Source of the DNA: Coraliomargarita sp.
GTDB lineage: Bacteria > Verrucomicrobiota > Verrucomicrobiia > Opitutales > UBA953
Reading direction: 5' to 3'
DNA: 64,000 nucleotides
NCBI GenBank assembly: GCA_024638885.1
Contig: JAHEJL010000009.1
Location: forward strand, 5,966 to 69,965
The notes beneath the pieces were generated by a model. The model made no database searches. It saw only the letters and a list, made by a program, of their open reading frames with translations, and was not told where the DNA came from. Positions 59,514-64,000 of the stretch are shown piece by piece. Made by a program: the position numbers and the translations under genes. Within the stretch, counting starts at the first letter, position 1. Each line of letters starts with the position of its first letter.

Positions 59514-60284
59514 CTACTCCTTGACCAGCTCGAACCGCATCGTGACGACCAGACGCATGGTCTTTTCCACCGAAGAACTGTCGACCGACGCGTAATCACC
59601 TTCGTTCACCCGACCCTTGGCGCTGACCTGGAAGACCCCCTGGGAGGCGTCGATGAGCGCCCCGACCTTGCTGCCGGAACCGGCCACGAGGATGTCGGCG
59701 CGGCGACGGGCGTCTTTCGCGGCGGCCTCGAGCAGCTCCTTCTTGGAGTCGTCGAACTTCAGGAGGCGGAAGAACGGCATGTTGCGCTGGAGTTCAACCT
59801 CCTGAGCCAGGACGACCTCCTGTCGAACAAGCTTCGCGACGAGGTCTACCTTGGAGGTCCGGAGCTCGAAGGGACTGATAAGGATATAATCCGGCACCGG
59901 ACCGCGGGCCGACTTGTTATAATCGACATTGGTCGCGCTGGCCCGCGCTGGCTCAAGGCGCGAGACAGAGATCGGCATCATTTCGACTTCGCTTTCGGCG
60001 AAACCAGCCTGGGCAAGCTTTCCACGAAACACTTCCCGCTGCGCTTCGAGCGCAGCGCGCCCGGCGGCAAGGTCGGTACCGCGCCAGGAAAGCGCGCCGC
60101 TGAGTTCGCCTTCGTCGGCTCGGAGGTCCTGGGTGGCCACTCCCTTGACGGTAACCTCCGGGCGGGCGGCCCTCACCTGCGCGATGGCCTTAGAGAGTTT
60201 ATCCGAGGCGACGATGAAACCAAAAGCGAGGGACGCGCCGAGAAGCAGGAAAGCGAGGCGCTGCGGGGTGGCAGATTGCGACAT
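59514..60284 (-). CDS. SIMPL (DUF541) domain protein with N-terminal membrane anchor
   Basis: N-terminal TM helix LAFLLLGASLAFGFIVA. Length and beta-rich pattern ending VVTMRFEL fit SIMPL. Weak call. Confidence 0.5.
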   Translation of the reverse strand: MSQSATPQRLAFLLLGASLAFGFIVASDKLSKAIAQVRAARPEVTVKGVATQDLRADEGELSGALSWRGTDLAAGRAALEAQREVFRGKLAQAGFAESEVEMMPISVSRLEPARASATNVDYNKSARGPVPDYILISPFELRTSKVDLVAKLVRQEVVLAQEVELQRNMPFFRLLKFDDSKKELLEAAAKDARRRADILVAGSGSKVGALIDASQGVFQVSAKGRVNEGDYASVDSSSVEKTMRLVVTMRFELVKE

Positions 60285-60337
60285 GCCCAGACCTTAGCCT
60301 GATGAACGACCTAGGTCAACCGTCGCCCTGCCCCGCC

Positions 60338-61768
60338 TTACGACTTCTTCAGATCGTAGCCGTCCTTGCGGTCCAGCATCGTCCAGCCGAGCGCGGTCAG
60401 GTCCTTGCGGAGCTGGTCGGCGGCGGCGAAGTCCTTGGCCTGCTTGGCGGCCCAGCGACGGGCGCCGAGTTCGGCGACGTCGGCCGGGATCGCGACCTCG
60501 GCCTTGACGGCGAAGAGCTGGAGCCCAAGGGCGAAGAGGATCTTGGCGAGGCCGGAGACGTCCTGACGGGCCTGTTCGGCCGTCGGCTCATCCTTCTCGG
60601 CGAGGACGGTGAAGACCTGGCCGAGGCAGCCCGGGATGTTGAGGTCGTCCTGCAGGACTTCCCAGGCCTTGGCGAAGCGACCCCAGGAGGTCTGGACTTC
60701 CTGGGCGACGGGCGCGGCGAACTCTGCGCGGCTGAAACCGGCGGCGGCGAGCAGGCGGTCGGCGCCACGCTCGAGCTTGGAGAGAGCCGAACGGGAATCC
60801 TCGACGCCCTTCATGGTGAAGTTGAGCGAGCTGCGGTAGTGGCCGGAGATCAGCGTGTAGCGGACCTCCATGGGCGAGAAGCCCTTGGCGACGAGTTCGT
60901 CGAGCGTGTAGAGGTTGCCCTTGCTCTTGGACATCTTCTCGCCCTCGACCATCAGGTGCGCGCTGTGGAACCAGTGGGCGGCGAAGCCCTTCACGCCGGT
61001 GGCGCATTCGGACTGGGCGATCTCGTTCTCGTGGTGCGGGAAGCAGAGGTCGATGCCGCCGCCGTGCAGGTCGAAGGTGGCGCCGAGGTGCGCGAGCGAC
61101 ATCGCCGAGCATTCGATATGCCAGCCGGGACGGCCTTCGCCCCAGGGCGAGGGCCAGAAGTTGGCGCCGTCCTCGGGCTTACGGGACTTCCAGAGCGCGA
61201 AGTCGGAGGCCGACTCGCGTTCGTATTCGTCGGCGTCGTTGGCCTCGCCGGCGGAGTTCTCGGACTGGGTCTCGAGCTTCGAGAAGTCGATGTGGTTGAG
61301 CTTACCGTAGTCGGCGCAGGTGCAGACCTTGAAGTAGACCGAACCGTCCTTGGCGACGTAGGCATGGCCGCGGTCGACGAGGGCCTTGATCATCGCGACC
61401 TGCTGAGGGATGTGCTCGACCGCGCTGGGCTCGACGTGCGGAGGCAGGAGGCCGAGGGCCTTGCAGTCGGCGTGGAATTTGTCGGTCCAGGACTTGGTGA
61501 AGGCGCCGAGCGTCTGGCCGGAAGCCTGGGCGCCGCGGATGGTCTTGTCATCGACGTCGGTGATGTTGCGGACGTGCTTCACCTTCAGGCCGGCGACCTC
61601 GAGGGTGCGGCGCAGGACGTCCTGCACGGTGAAGGTGCGGAAATTACCGATGTGGGCCGGGCCGTAGACCGTGGGTCCGCAGCAATACATGCCGTAAAGG
61701 TCGCGGCCGGGCTTCGGGAGCAGCGGCCGCTTCTCGCGGGACATGGTGTCATGCAGGAACACGGTCAT
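60338..61768 (-). CDS. cysS: Cysteine--tRNA ligase
   Basis: MYCCGPTVYGPAHIGN (HIGH), KMSKSKGN (KMSKS), Zn-binding Cys/His pattern. ATG 61768 chosen by N-terminal collinearity with CysRS. Confidence 0.9.
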   Translation of the reverse strand: MTVFLHDTMSREKRPLLPKPGRDLYGMYCCGPTVYGPAHIGNFRTFTVQDVLRRTLEVAGLKVKHVRNITDVDDKTIRGAQASGQTLGAFTKSWTDKFHADCKALGLLPPHVEPSAVEHIPQQVAMIKALVDRGHAYVAKDGSVYFKVCTCADYGKLNHIDFSKLETQSENSAGEANDADEYERESASDFALWKSRKPEDGANFWPSPWGEGRPGWHIECSAMSLAHLGATFDLHGGGIDLCFPHHENEIAQSECATGVKGFAAHWFHSAHLMVEGEKMSKSKGNLYTLDELVAKGFSPMEVRYTLISGHYRSSLNFTMKGVEDSRSALSKLERGADRLLAAAGFSRAEFAAPVAQEVQTSWGRFAKAWEVLQDDLNIPGCLGQVFTVLAEKDEPTAEQARQDVSGLAKILFALGLQLFAVKAEVAIPADVAELGARRWAAKQAKDFAAADQLRKDLTALGWTMLDRKDGYDLKKS

Positions 61769-61822
61769 AGGGAGGTCAGTTAGCAAACCTTGCCCCTGCT
61801 GGGCGAGACGGAACTACGCGGC

Positions 61823-62605
61823 TCAGCGCTGCAGGACCCGCACATAATCCACCATGAACCGGGCCGGGAAACGGGTGTCCGCGCCGACCGGGCCGCCGAA
61901 GCCGCCGCCGACCGCGAGGTTCAGCACCAGGAAATATTTCTGGTCGAACGGCGCCGGGAACGGCCCGCCGGAGGAACTCCACTCCTTCTGCTCCTGATAC
62001 CGGACCCCGTCGACGAACCAACGGATCGCCCCCGGCTCCCATTCGACCGCGAAGGCGTGGAAGCCCGTGGTGAAGTCGCCCTGCGGCAGGCGGTAGGGCT
62101 TGCCCTTATAGATATTCTTCGGCCAAGGGGCGCCGTAGTGGAGCGTGCCGTGCACCTGCTCGGGCTCATGGCCCTTGAACTCCATGATGTCGATCTCCCC
62201 GCTGGCGGCCCAGCCGCCGTACTTCTCCTCGGAGGGCAGCATCCAGAACGCCGGCCAGAGCCCCTTCCCCGCCGGCAGCTGGGCCGACATCTCGAAGCGG
62301 CCGTACAGCCAGTCGGCGCGGCGCTTGGTCCGGATCCGGGCGGAGGAATAATCCTTCAGCACGCCGGCGACGTTCAGCTTCTCCTTGCGCGCCTCGATGA
62401 TCAGATGCCCGTCCTCGACGCGGAGGTTCTGCGGGCGGTCGAAGTAATACTGCAGCTCGCCGTTGCCGCCGCCATGGCCGTTCTCCTCGGCCGCCCACTT
62501 GGACCAGTCGAGCTCCTTGCCGTTGAAGTCATCGCGCCAGACCTCCCGCCATTCCCCGGCCACGGCCGCGAGAGGGAGCATCAGCAGGGGCAGCAAAGGG
62601 CGCAT
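61823..62605 (-). CDS. Secreted GH16-family glycoside hydrolase (laminarinase/beta-glucanase-like)
   Basis: Signal peptide MRPLLPLLMLPLAAVAG. GLWPAFWMLP and SGEIDIMEF (ExDxxE catalytic motif). A GGAGG-type SD lies 8 nt upstream. Confidence 0.85.
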   Translation of the reverse strand: MRPLLPLLMLPLAAVAGEWREVWRDDFNGKELDWSKWAAEENGHGGGNGELQYYFDRPQNLRVEDGHLIIEARKEKLNVAGVLKDYSSARIRTKRRADWLYGRFEMSAQLPAGKGLWPAFWMLPSEEKYGGWAASGEIDIMEFKGHEPEQVHGTLHYGAPWPKNIYKGKPYRLPQGDFTTGFHAFAVEWEPGAIRWFVDGVRYQEQKEWSSSGGPFPAPFDQKYFLVLNLAVGGGFGGPVGADTRFPARFMVDYVRVLQR

Positions 62606-62711
62606 GCCGTCATCCTCCCCGAGGGGCGGCGTCGCGGACAAGGTCATAAAAAGGGTTCCGACTTGTTTCGGGGTCCCGGGGCGGAGATAACGGAGGCCGA
62701 CCCACCCCACC

Positions 62712-64000
62712 ATGAAACTAGGCACCAAATCCCTGCACGCCGGCCAGAAGCCCGACCCGACCACCGGTTCGCGCGCGGTCCCGATCTACCAGACCACGAG
62801 CTACCAGTTCCGCGACTCCGAACACGCCGCCAACCTGTTCGGCCTGAAGGAACTCGGCAACATCTACACCCGCATCATGAACCCGACGACGGACGTCCTC
62901 GAGCAGCGCCTCGCGGCCCTCGAAGGCGGTTCCGGCGCGCTCGCCCACTCCTCCGGCCAGGCCGCCATCACCGCGGCCATCCTCAACGTCGCCGGCGCCG
63001 GCGACCACATCGTCTCGGTCTCCCAGCTCTACGGAGGCACCTACAACCTCTTCCACTACACCCTGCCCAAGCTCGGCATCCAGGTCTCCTTCGTCGACGG
63101 CGACGATCCCGAGAACTTCCGCAAGGCCGTGAAGTCGAACACCAAGGCCTTCTACGGCGAAGGCCTGGGCAACCCCCGCCTCAACATCTTCCCCTTCGCC
63201 GAGGTCGGCAAGATCGCCAAGGAAGTCGGCGTCCCGCTCATCATCGATAACACCGCCCTCTCGCCTTACCTGAACCGTCCGTTCGAGCACGGCGCCAACA
63301 TCGTCGTCCACTCGGCCACGAAGCATATCGGCGGCCACGGCACCTCCATCGGCGGCATCGTCGTCGACGGCGGCAACTTCGACTGGGGCAACGGCAAGTT
63401 CCCCGGCTTCACCGAGCCCGACATGTCCTACCACGGCCTGCCGCACTGGGAAGCCTTCAAGGCGTTCCCGCCCGCCGGCGGCGCCAACATCGCCTTCATC
63501 ATGAAGATGCGCCTGCAGTTCCTCCGCGACGTCGGCAGCTGCCTCTCGCCCTTCAACGCCTTCCTGCTCCTGCAGGGCCTCGAGACCCTGCACCTGCGCA
63601 TGGAGCGCCATTGCGCCAACGCGATGAAGGTCGCGCAGTTCCTCGAAGCGCACCCGAAGGTGAAGTGGACCAACTACCCGGGCCTGAAGTCCTCGAAGTA
63701 CCACGACCTCGCCAAGAAGTATCTCACCAACGGCTACGGCGCGCTGGTGGGCTTCGGGCTCAGGTCCGGCCTCGAAGGCGGCCGCAAGTTCATCGACTCC
63801 CTCGCCCTGCACAGCCACGTCGCCAACATCGGCGACGCCCGCTCGCTGGCGATCCACCCGGCCTCCACCACGCACTCGCAGCTGACCGCCGAAGAACGGA
63901 ACAGCGCCGGCGTGACCGACGACTACGTCCGTCTCTCCGTGGGCATCGAGGACATCGAGGACATCCTCGCCGACCTCGAGCAGGCGCTGGCCAAGGCCTG
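62712..64000 (+). CDS. metY: O-acetylhomoserine sulfhydrylase (PLP-dependent), 3' end just outside the window
   Basis: Not in the ORF track because there is no stop in the window. My translation from ATG 62712 gives [33 protein letters not shown]...[12 protein letters not shown] (PLP Lys)...[14 protein letters not shown]. The frame is open to nt 64000. Confidence 0.85.
   Translation, partial: MKLGTKSLHAGQKPDPTTGSRAVPIYQTTSYQFRDSEHAANLFGLKELGNIYTRIMNPTTDVLEQRLAALEGGSGALAHSSGQAAITAAILNVAGAGDHIVSVSQLYGGTYNLFHYTLPKLGIQVSFVDGDDPENFRKAVKSNTKAFYGEGLGNPRLNIFPFAEVGKIAKEVGVPLIIDNTALSPYLNRPFEHGANIVVHSATKHIGGHGTSIGGIVVDGGNFDWGNGKFPGFTEPDMSYHGLPHWEAFKAFPPAGGANIAFIMKMRLQFLRDVGSCLSPFNAFLLLQGLETLHLRMERHCANAMKVAQFLEAHPKVKWTNYPGLKSSKYHDLAKKYLTNGYGALVGFGLRSGLEGGRKFIDSLALHSHVANIGDARSLAIHPASTTHSQLTAEERNSAGVTDDYVRLSVGIEDIEDILADLEQALAKA

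Noticed and set aside
57612-60302. 896-aa ORF on the plus strand; similar cases at 52871-55396, 44265-46091, 18313-19827, 27819-29081, 31705-33156, 35641-36921 and 62718-63875
   Set aside because: All are antisense or out of frame to genes with strong family signatures (thrS, kinase/cysE, dnaA, SASA esterase, sulfatase, aldehyde dehydrogenase, gudD, metY). All show GC-driven low-complexity translations.
62606-62711. Possible SAM riboswitch in the metY leader
   Set aside because: I could not find S-box, SAM-II or SAM/SAH consensus elements in the 106-nt spacer, only a small CCGA...TCGG hairpin. It would need an Rfam/Infernal scan to exclude properly.

Overview
This is a high-G+C bacterial chromosomal window. 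Gene content (many sulfatases, DUF1080, Tat-exported Gfo/Idh/MocA, SGNH/SASA esterases) and pyrimidine-rich leaders suggest PVC/Verrucomicrobiota, possibly Opitutales-like, but that is inference only. I support about 60 protein genes, one tRNA-Met(CAT), one TPP riboswitch, four intrinsic terminators, a lexA operator/promoter, and dnaA with a candidate oriC. I saw no rRNA, CRISPR array, transposase, integrase or phage genes. The window falls into three blocks. (i) 1-14.9 kb holds housekeeping genes (rsfS-nadD, lpxI, panB-gpsA-SET, purA-like, mgtE) and a small cluster of unknowns around a bacterial-type PARG and an HDAC-family deacylase. (ii) 14.9-37 kb is a glycan-processing island with 6 esterases, 2 sulfatases, a Gfo/Idh/MocA + TIM-barrel + DUF1080 set and a complete D-glucarate catabolic operon, but no classical glycoside hydrolase. 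(iii) 37-64 kb holds an ARH-family hydrolase next to lexA, thiC with its riboswitch, dnaA/oriC, dus-rarA-msrA, glnD, a cysE-GAF kinase operon, thrS, cysS, a GH16 enzyme and metY. The candidates I consider most worth a second look are: the divergent PARG/HDAC pair with flanking unknowns; a putative oxidative (3-keto) glycoside-cleavage module that may replace GHs in the island; a dispersed CTAACCGC-type repeat that forms a 25-bp imperfect inverted repeat downstream of thiC; a SASA-esterase/HExxH fusion; and recurrent CCCTCC motifs (the anti-SD sequence, not SD) upstream of start codons. All functional calls come from motif recognition by eye. No database search, HMM or folding program was run, and hand-located motif coordinates may be off by a base or two. 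Many long ORFs in the supplied track are antisense artefacts of the high G+C content and were not called.
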